A DNA stretch of 64,000 nucleotides, taken from assembly GCA_001791995.1 (NCBI GenBank), contig MGFR01000002.1, forward strand, positions 36,457 to 100,456, written 5' to 3'. The notes below the pieces were generated by a model that saw only the letters and a program-made list of their open reading frames with translations, searched no databases and was not told the origin of the DNA. Below, piece after piece: positions 54,023 through 62,770 of this stretch (its first letter is position 1; each line of letters begins with the position of its first letter). A program made the translations under genes and the position numbers. Source of the DNA: Candidatus Woesebacteria bacterium RBG_13_46_13 (lineage in GTDB: Bacteria > Patescibacteriota > Microgenomatia > UBA8517).

Positions 54023-54922
54023 ATGGGCGAAACAGGCGAGACTCCAAAATCAGAATCTTCAAAAAGGCCGATATTACCTGAAATTTCCGAACACTCAAAA
54101 ATCGTTGAAGCCGCCAAAAGGAGATATTCCAGCCTGGGCGGCGTTTTATCCTGGAGCGGGTTTCCAAAGGAAGAACTTGATGAAATTTATGTTTGGTGGG
54201 ACGGATATAAAAAGACGGAAGATAAACTGCAGAGGTTTGAGATCGTTATGTCTTCAGGCAAATTGCCTGAACTTGAAGGGGAACAGTTAAAGAAAGAGTG
54301 GGAAGAGATTCGGGTACCGGTAGACTCCATCAACAGACAAATCGTCGAGTTTACCCGGGCCGACAAAGTGGAGGGTAATAAGCTGGGCTCCGTAGTTAAT
54401 CTCATGAAGGATGTAGATGAAAACCTTTCGTGGTTTACCCAGGCACTTGCCTTGGGGGAAGCACTTGTGGCGACCCGGGCCGAAAACCCGGACGATAGGC
54501 TGATGAGAATAAAAATTGCCCAAGGTGCATGGGAGGAGCTTTTGAATTCATTCACTTATGCCAAGCTGCACTACGCCGCCGAAACCGACATGGTTGTTAC
54601 AACGGAGGACGACCTGGAAGAGCAGAAAGCGGAACTCATGGCCTCTCTGGGCAGAAAGCCCTGGGGTGTAAGACAAACGGAAAAGAACAGGAAGGTCTAT
54701 AAAGGGTTACGCAAACAGATAATAGCTTCAGAATACGATACGGAAATTGCCGATAACCTGAAAATTGTTTGGGATTCGGCCAGAGGTTCGGTTCCTCAAG
54801 GAACATCCGCACTGGATATTTTAAGTGCAAACGAATTGGTTCTTCAAGGGCTTCATGCAGAAGGAGCCTTCGAGTGGGATCTTGAGGAGCTGGAAGAAGC
54901 GGGAGAAGGAGAAGAGGAATAG
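54023..54922 (+). CDS. Hypothetical protein with acidic C-terminus
   Basis: 299 aa ending ...LEELEEAGEGEEE. No family recognised. Confidence 0.45.
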   Translation: MGETGETPKSESSKRPILPEISEHSKIVEAAKRRYSSLGGVLSWSGFPKEELDEIYVWWDGYKKTEDKLQRFEIVMSSGKLPELEGEQLKKEWEEIRVPVDSINRQIVEFTRADKVEGNKLGSVVNLMKDVDENLSWFTQALALGEALVATRAENPDDRLMRIKIAQGAWEELLNSFTYAKLHYAAETDMVVTTEDDLEEQKAELMASLGRKPWGVRQTEKNRKVYKGLRKQIIASEYDTEIADNLKIVWDSARGSVPQGTSALDILSANELVLQGLHAEGAFEWDLEELEEAGEGEEE

Positions 54923-54927
54923 CTTCT

Positions 54928-55629
54928 GTGGAAGAAAAAACATTGTTATCCGTAAAAGGATTAAAAGTTAAATTCAATAGTCACCTGATTATTGACGACG
55001 TATCCTTCGATGTGGAGAGAGATTCCACCTTGGCCATTATCGGACCCAACGGGGCCGGAAAGTCGGTTCTTTTCAGGGCAATACTCGGGCTTATTCCTTA
55101 CGAGGGGACCGTTACCTGGGCCCCCAAGGTTAAAATCGGTTACGTCCCCCAAAAATTGTTTGTCGCCAAAGACTTCCCCTTAACCGTAGCGGAGTTTTTA
55201 CGTTTTAAAGAGGGGGATAATCAGAAAATAGACGAAGCCCTTGTATCAGTCGGATTTAAGGAAAATAAAACGAAACTTTTAAAAACCAGACTGGGGACTC
55301 TTTCGGGGGGAGAGCTTCAGAGAGTTCTTATCGCCTCCGCTGTTTTGGGAAGCCCGAACGTTCTCCTTTTTGACGAACCGACCAGCGGTGTGGATATTTC
55401 GGCAGAAGAGACCATCTACAGCTTAATCGACAGACTGAAAAAGGAGAAGGATTTGACCATAATATTTATTTCTCACGAATTGCAGGTTGTCTATAAATAT
55501 GCCGACGGCGTGCTTTGTTTGAATAAAGAGAAGATTTGCTTTGGACCTCCGAGAGAAGTGGTGGATAAAGAAAGTCTGGCCAAGCTATACGGCGAAGACG
55601 TAAGTGTATATAAACACCATGAACACTAA
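54928..55629 (+). CDS. ABC transporter ATP-binding protein (Zn/Mn uptake ZnuC-like)
   Basis: GPNGAGKSVLFRAILG is Walker A. LSGGELQRVLIASAVL is the signature. LLFDEPTSGVD is Walker B. Confidence 0.8.
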   Translation: MEEKTLLSVKGLKVKFNSHLIIDDVSFDVERDSTLAIIGPNGAGKSVLFRAILGLIPYEGTVTWAPKVKIGYVPQKLFVAKDFPLTVAEFLRFKEGDNQKIDEALVSVGFKENKTKLLKTRLGTLSGGELQRVLIASAVLGSPNVLLFDEPTSGVDISAEETIYSLIDRLKKEKDLTIIFISHELQVVYKYADGVLCLNKEKICFGPPREVVDKESLAKLYGEDVSVYKHHEH

Positions 55630-56386
55630 TTTTGCTTTCTTGTTGTTTGTCGGCGCCCTGGCGGGGGCGGCCTCCGGTTATTTGGGTTCATTCATGGTCC
55701 TAAAGCGGATGTCTCTTGTGGGAGATGCCCTTTCCCACGTGGCCTTGCCCGGAATGGCAATTGCTTTGATGCTTTCGGTCAATCCCATACTCGGAGCGCT
55801 TCTGGCACTAGGGCTTGCGGTTATCGGAATCTGGTACATCGGGGAGAAGTCCGAAATCTACCCCGAGGCTTTGGTGGGAATATTTTTTACGGCAAGTTTG
55901 GCAATCGGGATCTTAATTACCCCCGAGCCGGAGCTTCTGGAAGTGCTTTTCGGTAACATCGAAAAAGTTACGGGGCTTGAAGGTATTTTGGTAATCGCTG
56001 CGTCGCTATTGATATTTGTCGTCACCAAGCTGATATCCAACAAACTTGCCCTGGGTATTGTCTCCGAAGACCTGGCCAAATCCGAAGGGATTAAAGTGTC
56101 CAGGATTAACCTTATCTATCTGCTTTTGGTAGGTCTGGTAATTGCTCTGGGAGTGAAATTTTTGGGCACGCTTTTAACCGGAGCTCTGGTGATTGTCCCC
56201 GCCGCGGCAGCCAAGAACCTGGCCAGGGCCATCGCGGGCTACCAGATGCTCTCGATAGTTTTTGGAATCTTATCCGTGGTAATAGGTATTTTTATTGCCA
56301 CCTTGGCGGGAATTTCATCGGGGCCGGCCGTGGTTTTGGTTGCCATCGGATTTTTCGTAGTCAGCTATATCTTCAAAAGGAACTAA
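55604..56386 (+). CDS. ABC transporter permease (ZnuB/ABC-3 family)
   Basis: Eight hydrophobic helices. ...SLVGDALSHVALPGMAIA... is typical of ABC-3 metal permeases. Confidence 0.8.
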   Translation: MYINTMNTNFAFLLFVGALAGAASGYLGSFMVLKRMSLVGDALSHVALPGMAIALMLSVNPILGALLALGLAVIGIWYIGEKSEIYPEALVGIFFTASLAIGILITPEPELLEVLFGNIEKVTGLEGILVIAASLLIFVVTKLISNKLALGIVSEDLAKSEGIKVSRINLIYLLLVGLVIALGVKFLGTLLTGALVIVPAAAAKNLARAIAGYQMLSIVFGILSVVIGIFIATLAGISSGPAVVLVAIGFFVVSYIFKRN

Positions 56387-56466
56387 CAAACAGAAAAGGG
56401 GAGAATTGTTGAATCAGTACTGCCAGCTACAATTTATCTAACTCGACAATCTGCGACTTACCTACT

Positions 56467-56500
56467 GTTGACAAGTACTACAACCAGTAGTAGTATATTA
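56467..56500 (+). promoter_or_regulatory. Promoter (TTGACA-17-TAGTAT) with an embedded inverted repeat TACTAC-AACCA-GTAGTA (candidate operator)
   Basis: ctgTTGACAagtactacaaccagtagTAGTATatt. Confidence 0.35.
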
Positions 56501-56515
56501 AGTATAGCAACTAGA

Positions 56516-56665
56516 GTGAAACAACGAGTTACATTATTTATTAACCCTTCGATTGTTAAGCACGCCAGAGCCCAGGCGATTGTTGAGGAATTAACACTTA
56601 GTCCTCTTGTAGAAAAAGCTTTGATTAGATATTTGCCCAAAATAACAATAGTTAAAAGGGGGTGA
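56516..56665 (+). CDS. Small ribbon-helix-helix (CopG/Arc-like) DNA-binding protein
   Basis: VKQRVTLFINPSIVKHARAQAIVEELTLSPLVEKALIRYL matches the RHH pattern (beta strand KRVTL, then two helices). GTG start at 56516; the track ORF begins at a TTG inside the promoter. Confidence 0.45.
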   Translation: MKQRVTLFINPSIVKHARAQAIVEELTLSPLVEKALIRYLPKITIVKRG

Positions 56666-57054
56666 GTAATATGACAGAAACTGTAAGAGAAACTGTAACG
56701 ACTCGAGACGATAGCCCGGCGACTTCGGTTAAAGCGGGGGCAACCGGTACCCAAACAGTGCAACGTTTAGTCTATTTTCTATTCGGAATACTAGAGATAC
56801 TCCTGGCTTTCCGTTTAATCTTTAAGTTAGCAGGCGCAAGTTACGGAGGTGCCTTTGTGGGTTTCATTTATAGCGTGACCCGAATATTTATCTTGCCCTT
56901 TGGTGGAATATTCCGTCAGGCTACTGCTCCCGGAGCAGAAACTGCCGCAATTCTTGAACCGGCGACATTGGTTGCCATTATTGTCTACGCTGTTTTGGCT
57001 TGGGGCATTGTGGCTTTAGTCAAGATACTTTCAGGCGAACAGCAAACAGATTAG
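56662..57054 (+). CDS. YggT-family membrane protein
   Basis: ...LLAFRLIFKL...GFIYSVTRIFILPFGGIF... is YGGT-like. Overlaps the RHH gene stop (GTGAGTAATATG). Confidence 0.5.
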   Translation: MSNMTETVRETVTTRDDSPATSVKAGATGTQTVQRLVYFLFGILEILLAFRLIFKLAGASYGGAFVGFIYSVTRIFILPFGGIFRQATAPGAETAAILEPATLVAIIVYAVLAWGIVALVKILSGEQQTD

Positions 57055-57082
57055 ACTAATTTATAGAGGGGGGTGAAGAAAT

Positions 57083-57325
57083 ATTAATATTATTATTTAT
57101 TGGGCCATCTTTGGACTTATTGCAGGTGCAATTGCCAATTTTATTGCACCCAGCTCAAAGGGGGGCATTATCGGATCAATAGTTTTGGGTGTTATTGGGG
57201 CTATAGTGGGAGGATACTTGGGACGAATGCTTTTTGGCGTTGGGGTAACTGGGTTTAACCTAACATCCTTTATTGTGGCGGTTGCCGGATCACTACTTGT
57301 GATTTTTGTAGGTAGACTGCTTTAA
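57083..57325 (+). CDS. GlsB/YeaQ/YmgE-family (transglycosylase-associated) small membrane protein; no canonical start codon
   Basis: The frame translates ...IIIYWAIFGLIAGAIANFIAPSSKGGIIGSIVLGVIGAIVGGYLGRMLFGVGVTGFNLTSFIVAVAGSLLVIFVGRLL*. The conserved N-terminal helix has no in-frame ATG/GTG/TTG after the TGA at 57074. A strong SD (AGAGGGGGG) sits 9-10 nt before an ATT at 57083. Confidence 0.5.
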   Translation: MNIIIYWAIFGLIAGAIANFIAPSSKGGIIGSIVLGVIGAIVGGYLGRMLFGVGVTGFNLTSFIVAVAGSLLVIFVGRLL

Positions 57326-57338
57326 ATGAGGATTAAAT

Positions 57339-57863
57339 ATGAGTATTAAGATTCGTAATCAAAGCGGGAGCGTGACTCTTTGGCCGGAAAAGCTTAGTGT
57401 ACAGAAAGAAGAGATTAAAGCTGTAGATAAACAAAAAAGAGCGGACGTGAGAGCCGTTGCAAAATTGGTTAAAAAATCCAATAGAATACTACTTAGCATT
57501 TCTTCGCATGCATTTCCATTTGATTTATTTCCCGACACCATAAACGTTGAGGAAGGAAGAATCACTATTATCACCCGTACTTTTTTCCTTTCTGCTCGGG
57601 TACACAGTGTCGATATCAAAGACGTCTCAAATATCTTTGTCAATGTCGCACCTTTCTTTGCTCAGCTGGTTATCATTTCAAAAACATTTGAAGAAAATGA
57701 AGTACGAATAAAAAATTTGAGAAAAGACGAGGCAGTTTTTGCCAGAAGAATCATCGAGGGGTTACGGATCTTTGAAAATAAACGAATAGACACCTCCAAC
57801 TATACAGTGAAAGAACTTGTGGCCAAACTTCAGGAATTAAGCACGACAGAAATTGTAACGTAA
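57339..57863 (+). CDS. Hypothetical protein
   Basis: 174 aa ORF. Confidence 0.45.
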   Translation: MSIKIRNQSGSVTLWPEKLSVQKEEIKAVDKQKRADVRAVAKLVKKSNRILLSISSHAFPFDLFPDTINVEEGRITIITRTFFLSARVHSVDIKDVSNIFVNVAPFFAQLVIISKTFEENEVRIKNLRKDEAVFARRIIEGLRIFENKRIDTSNYTVKELVAKLQELSTTEIVT

Positions 57864-57902
57864 CTATTTATTTTTACACCCGAATGTTAGAATGGCTTCA
57901 TT

Positions 57903-58820
57903 GTGGGCCTTTCTGTTGGAATAGTTGGATTACCAAACGCAGGGAAATCCACGCTTTTTAATGCACTCGCCTCCAGGCGCTTGGCTGAGACCGCACCTAG
58001 GCCATTTACTACAATCGAGCCCCATGAGGCGGTGGTTGAGGTCCCCGATGATAAATTAAAAAAACTTTCGGATTTGGTTAAACCCGACACTGCTATTCCC
58101 GCAAGCGTAACCTTTATTGATATAGCAGGATTAGTCAGGGGAGCGCACAAAGGGGAGGGACTTGGAAATCAGTTTTTGGGACGCATCAGGGAAGTAGATG
58201 CCGTTATCCATGTAGTTCGTGCATTCGAGGACCCGGGGGTTGCTCATCAGCATCCCTCCCACGAACCTGGTTCAATCGATCAAATATTGGAAGACATAGA
58301 AATTGTGAACATAGAGCTAGAACTTGGAGGGATTTCTGGAAAACCGATCATCTACGTTCTTAACGTAGACGAGGGGGATTTAAACAATATGGAATTTATC
58401 TCCCGGGTTGAGGAGAAATTCAAAGAAAAAGCTTTGCTTATTTCAGCAAAATTGGAGGAAGAATTTATAGACCTTACTAAAGAGGAAAAGGCAGCATACA
58501 TGGGGAGTATCAGACCAGGCCTTGATAGACTTATTCTTTATGCGTATGAACTTTTGGGTCTTATCACTTTCTACACAATTAAGGGAGGGAAAGAGGTTCG
58601 TGCATGGAGTATCAAAAGGGGAGCAGCGGCAGTCGACGCGGCCGGGGTTGTACACACGGATTTTGCCAAAGGATTTATAAAGGCGGAGGTAATTAATATT
58701 GATGAACTCTTGGGTTTAGGAGGATGGAAGGAGGCGAAAGAGAAGGGAAAGGTAAGACTTGAGGGAAGGGATTATCAAGTTAACGACGGAGACGTAATTG
58801 AATTTAGGGTTGGAGTTTGA
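57903..58820 (+). CDS. ychF: Ribosome-binding ATPase YchF (Obg family, compact)
   Basis: GIVGLPNAGKSTLFNAL is G1. The C-terminal TGS-like end is ...VRLEGRDYQVNDGDVIEFRVGV. Confidence 0.85.
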   Translation: MGLSVGIVGLPNAGKSTLFNALASRRLAETAPRPFTTIEPHEAVVEVPDDKLKKLSDLVKPDTAIPASVTFIDIAGLVRGAHKGEGLGNQFLGRIREVDAVIHVVRAFEDPGVAHQHPSHEPGSIDQILEDIEIVNIELELGGISGKPIIYVLNVDEGDLNNMEFISRVEEKFKEKALLISAKLEEEFIDLTKEEKAAYMGSIRPGLDRLILYAYELLGLITFYTIKGGKEVRAWSIKRGAAAVDAAGVVHTDFAKGFIKAEVINIDELLGLGGWKEAKEKGKVRLEGRDYQVNDGDVIEFRVGV

Positions 58821-59056
58821 CCCCCAAAATCCTTTCGGCCTTTGCCCTATCCCCATCCTGGAGGGCATTCGCTGCAGCCATAAGGTCCTTATATACAGGT
58901 ACTTCGGTACCGAACTGGGTTGCAAGATGCGCGGCCGAATCTCTCAAATATTTGGGAGTCACTTTTTCTGTTGAGCCTGGATGGTCTGTTTCGGCTGTTG
59001 CCATTGGGAGATTTTAACAATTGAGGGAAACATTTTCAAATGATATACTTCGCCGT

Positions 59057-59341
59057 ATGCAAAAGTACGAATTAACCATAGTTTTCGATGCAAAAATAAG
59101 CGCCGCGAAGCGAAAAGCGGTTAGGGAGGCCATTGAGAAGGCGGTTGGCCTTTTGAAGGGGAAAATAGGAGCTGTTGCCGATTGGGGAGAAAAGGACCTG
59201 GCCGGCAAAATTAAGAAGGCAACCAGAGGGTATTATATTTATTTTCCGCTCGAACTTTCTTCCGATTCTGCCAAGAAATTATTGGAGAAAATGAAGTCGG
59301 AGGATGCTATAATCAGGTACTTATTGGTGAGGGAAAAGTAA
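59057..59341 (+). CDS. rpsF: 30S ribosomal protein S6
   Basis: MQKYELTIVFDAKISAAKRKAVREAIEKAV... fits the S6 family. The track ORF begins at 59021; the internal Met at 59057 matches the usual S6 N-terminus. Confidence 0.8.
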   Translation: MQKYELTIVFDAKISAAKRKAVREAIEKAVGLLKGKIGAVADWGEKDLAGKIKKATRGYYIYFPLELSSDSAKKLLEKMKSEDAIIRYLLVREK

Positions 59342-59838
59342 TGGCAAGAAGTCTTAATAAAGTACAGTTAATTGGAAATTTGACCCGCGATCCGGAGCTG
59401 CGCTACACCCCGCAGGGGACAGCCGTTTGTACCTTCGGAGTTGCCACAAATAGACAATGGACAACGGAGTCCGGCGAAAAGAAGGAAGATGCCGAGTTTC
59501 ACCGGGTTGTTGCTTGGAACAAGCTCGCCGAGATTTGTTCCCAGCTCTTGACCAAAGGCAGAAAGGTTTACGTCGAGGGCAGGCTGCAGACCAGAAGCTG
59601 GACCGGCCAGGACGGGAACCAAAGGCAGACAACGGAGATAGTAATTTCCGATATGGTAATTTTGGATCCAAGACGGGACGTTACCCCCGGAGACGACTTT
59701 GATATTCCCGAGGAGCCGGCCGCAGAGGCAGCTCCCGAGGAGGCAAAAACCGAGGAAAAAGCAGAACCCAAGAAAAAAGCAAAAGCCAAAAAGTCGACCG
59801 CTAAGCCCGAGCCGTCCGAGGAAGACATCCCCTTCTAG
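59341..59838 (+). CDS. ssb: Single-stranded DNA-binding protein
   Basis: NKVQLIGNLTRDPELRYTPQGTAVCTFGVATNRQW is the OB fold, with the acidic C-terminal tail ...EEDIPF. Confidence 0.9.
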   Translation: MARSLNKVQLIGNLTRDPELRYTPQGTAVCTFGVATNRQWTTESGEKKEDAEFHRVVAWNKLAEICSQLLTKGRKVYVEGRLQTRSWTGQDGNQRQTTEIVISDMVILDPRRDVTPGDDFDIPEEPAAEAAPEEAKTEEKAEPKKKAKAKKSTAKPEPSEEDIPF

Positions 59839-59856
59839 AGCCTGCTTACAAGTACA

Positions 59857-60111
59857 ATGAAACAGAAAAAATCCAAAAGAAAATCTTCAAGTATCCGGCT
59901 TAGACCGGTCAGCACCAATTGTCCTTTTTGCAAAATCAAAACCAATCCCGATTACAAAAAATATGAGGATTTGGCTAAATATCTTACCGACAGGGCCAAG
60001 ATTATTCCCAAAAGCCGCAGCGGAATTTGCTCCAAACACCAAAGACGCTTGGGGATTGCGATAAAAAGAGCCCGCCATTTGGGACTTCTTCCCTTCACGG
60101 GAAGTATTTAG
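59857..60111 (+). CDS. rpsR: 30S ribosomal protein S18
   Basis: ...CPFCKIKTNPDYKKYEDLAKYLTDRAKIIPKSRSGICSKHQRRLGIAIKRARHLGLLPF. Confidence 0.85.
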   Translation: MKQKKSKRKSSSIRLRPVSTNCPFCKIKTNPDYKKYEDLAKYLTDRAKIIPKSRSGICSKHQRRLGIAIKRARHLGLLPFTGSI

Positions 60112-60131
60112 TTGGTTACAATTACTCTGTG

Positions 60132-61382
60132 ATGAAACCATCATTCCTACCCAGAATCAATTTTGTAAAAGCCAGAAAGATTATTTTATTTGTCTTTATA
60201 GCGGCACTTCTTTTCGGGGGAGGATATTTCCTCGGCTCGTCGGGCTTTAAGGCTAACCTCAATAAATTTCCCAAGGTAACCATATCCAGAGAAACACCTC
60301 CGGATAAAGGAAATTTGGATTTCTCCCTCTTCTGGAGAGTATGGGATAGCCTTAGCGCCAAGTATTACGACAAGACTAAAATTAATCCGGGAAAAATGGT
60401 TTACGGGGCGATTTCCGGAATGGTATCCGCGATAGGGGATCCCTATACGGTTTTCTTGCCTCCGGAAAAAAATAAAGTAATCCAGGAGGATTTGGGGGGC
60501 AGTTTTGAAGGCGTGGGAATTCAGATAGGCTATAGGGGAACACAACTGGCGGTTATTGCACCCCTCGCCGATTCTCCCGCGGAGAAGGCCGGGGTCAAAG
60601 CGGGTGATTTTATCATCGGAATTAAAGACGCGGCGGATGGTGCCGATACCGGAACGGACGGAATGTCTTTGGCGGACGCGATCTCCCTTATCAGGGGAAA
60701 GGCCGGGACAAAAGTAACTCTGACTCTTTTGAGGGACGGATCGGTCGAACCGATTGTGGTCGAGCTGACCCGGGAAAAGATGGACGTTCCCAGTTTAATT
60801 CTTAGCTATAGCGGAGAAGGTGGCTCAATTGCCCACATCAGGCTTCTTAAATTCGGCGGTGAGACCGATACCGAATGGACAAAAACGGTTAGAGAAATAA
60901 TCAAGAAAGACAATGTCAAAGGAGTAGTTCTCGACTTGAGAAATAACCCCGGAGGCTATTTGCAAGGTGCGGTTGACATCGCATCGGAATTTTTGAAAAA
61001 CGGTTCGGTGGCCGTAATTGAGGAAAAAGGAGACGGCAGCAAAAACGAATTCAAGGTCCAAAAACTGGGACTTCTGCTTAATATGCCCACGGTGGTTCTT
61101 ATTAACGGGGGCTCGGCATCCGCTTCGGAGATTTTGGCCGGAGCCTTAAGGGACATCAGAAAAATTTCCCTGGTAGGCGAAAAGAGCTTCGGAAAGGGAA
61201 CCATACAGGAGCCAGAAGAGCTCGGGGGCGGAGCCGGAATTCACATTACCATTGCCAGGTGGTTGACCCCCAACGGCACCTGGGTTAACGGCAAAGGGCT
61301 TGAACCCGATGTTAAGATTGAAGACGATACAAAAACCGCCGAGGACGAACAACTTCAAAAAGCGATAGAGCTTTTGCAATGA
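60132..61382 (+). CDS. ctpA: Carboxy-terminal processing protease (S41, with PDZ)
   Basis: N-terminal TM. ...GSFEGVGIQIGYRG... and the PDZ segment SPAEKAGVKAGDFIIGI. Catalytic region ...LINGGSASASEILAGAL...K. The start is taken at MKPSFLP after the rpsR stop. Confidence 0.8.
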   Translation: MKPSFLPRINFVKARKIILFVFIAALLFGGGYFLGSSGFKANLNKFPKVTISRETPPDKGNLDFSLFWRVWDSLSAKYYDKTKINPGKMVYGAISGMVSAIGDPYTVFLPPEKNKVIQEDLGGSFEGVGIQIGYRGTQLAVIAPLADSPAEKAGVKAGDFIIGIKDAADGADTGTDGMSLADAISLIRGKAGTKVTLTLLRDGSVEPIVVELTREKMDVPSLILSYSGEGGSIAHIRLLKFGGETDTEWTKTVREIIKKDNVKGVVLDLRNNPGGYLQGAVDIASEFLKNGSVAVIEEKGDGSKNEFKVQKLGLLLNMPTVVLINGGSASASEILAGALRDIRKISLVGEKSFGKGTIQEPEELGGGAGIHITIARWLTPNGTWVNGKGLEPDVKIEDDTKTAEDEQLQKAIELLQ

Positions 61383-62227
61383 AAAAAATCCTAATTGGGG
61401 CAGCGACAACTTTGGTACTTTTGGTGGCAATCACCGGGGGAGCTGTAGCGGATAGGCTTTTCGGCTTTAGACCCCTGGATAAGTTCTTCCCCAGAGGAGA
61501 GAATTTCAGGATTGACCAGACCGTAATTAATGAGGAAAGCGTGGTTATCAAAGTTGCCGAAGAAGTTTCTCCTTCCGTGGTTACGGTTTCGGTGCAAACT
61601 CCTCCGCGAAGGGTTTTGCAGTTTGACCCGTTCGGGGGCGGATTCAGCCAGAAGATAGAAGCAGGGCAGACCCAGGATATCGGCACTGGTTTTGTGGTTA
61701 CCCAAGACGGCTTGATCGTTACCAACAAACACGTTGTCTCCCTTAGCGGGGCTACTTATAAAGTAATCACCAAAGACAATACGGAATACGAGGTTAAAGA
61801 AATCCATACCGATCCTGCAAACGACATTGCCATTATCAAGATAGAGGCATCGGAGCTGACCCCGGTTGATTTGGGAGATTCCTCAAACTTAAAGGTGGGC
61901 CAGTTTGTGATTGCCATCGGGACCGCCTTGGGGGAGTTCAGGCATACGGTTACAACCGGGGTAATATCCGGCCTTGGCAGGGGAATAACTGCGGGAAGCG
62001 CCTACCAGGGTTATATCGAAAAGCTGGATGACGTTATCCAGACCGATGCCGCCATTAATCCCGGGAATTCCGGAGGACCCCTGGTTAATTCCGCCGGTCA
62101 GGTAATCGGCATCAACGTAGCGGTGGCCTCCGGAGCCCAGAACATCGGATTTTCGATTCCCGTCAACGTGGTCAAAGAAGCTCTGACCAAATTCTCGCAA
62201 GCTCCAACAGCTTCTCCCGCGCCTTAA
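61379..62227 (+). CDS. Trypsin-like serine protease (HtrA/DegP S1C family, no PDZ)
   Basis: GTGFVVTQDGLIVTNKHVV (His), ...NDIAII... (Asp), GNSGGPLVNSAGQVIGIN (Ser). Confidence 0.8.
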   Translation: MKKILIGAATTLVLLVAITGGAVADRLFGFRPLDKFFPRGENFRIDQTVINEESVVIKVAEEVSPSVVTVSVQTPPRRVLQFDPFGGGFSQKIEAGQTQDIGTGFVVTQDGLIVTNKHVVSLSGATYKVITKDNTEYEVKEIHTDPANDIAIIKIEASELTPVDLGDSSNLKVGQFVIAIGTALGEFRHTVTTGVISGLGRGITAGSAYQGYIEKLDDVIQTDAAINPGNSGGPLVNSAGQVIGINVAVASGAQNIGFSIPVNVVKEALTKFSQAPTASPAP

Positions 62228-62272
62228 ATACAAGTTGACGAGGAAGGCCCAAAGCACTAGAATTCCGACAGG

Positions 62273-62770
62273 ATGAGCCCTGAGGCCAAAACCGTTACGG
62301 AAAGCTATTTAGAAGGAGTAAAGTATCTGCCAGAGTGGAGAAAGGTTTTTTCGGCGGAGTTTTCAAGAATAATTTCCCAGACCGACATCAAATACGAAAA
62401 AGGAACCTATGATGGCCTGCAACAGCTGGGATTAAAAGTAGAGCTGGACGGGGTATCCCGCCAGTTGATGCGGATTCTTCCTGCCACTGCGGATTTCCCC
62501 CAACTGGTTTTTAGGTTGTATGAAGGACGCATCAAGCTCTTGTCGGGAAATAAAAACCGGGAATGGCGTGATTGGGTCAAGGGCCTGTGGATAGATTTGG
62601 CGGAGGGAATGGTAGGCATGAGCCTGGGGGATATTGCGGGGAAAGAGGAAAGCGTAAAATTCTTCGGGTTAAGACGAAGGTTCGACGCCCAAACGACTGA
62701 TGAAATGCATATCAATCTCTTTCCGCAAAAGACGATCGTTTTGGATGCTCCGCTTTCTTTTAAGAGGTAA
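62273..62770 (+). CDS. Hypothetical protein
   Basis: 165 aa ORF. Confidence 0.4.
   Translation: MSPEAKTVTESYLEGVKYLPEWRKVFSAEFSRIISQTDIKYEKGTYDGLQQLGLKVELDGVSRQLMRILPATADFPQLVFRLYEGRIKLLSGNKNREWRDWVKGLWIDLAEGMVGMSLGDIAGKEESVKFFGLRRRFDAQTTDEMHINLFPQKTIVLDAPLSFKR

Noticed and set aside
58804-59004. 66 aa minus-strand ORF between ychF and rpsF
   Set aside because: It is protein-like but has no RBS or promoter evidence, is antisense to an equally long + strand ORF, and sits in what is more likely the rpsF promoter/leader region. Not reported as a gene.
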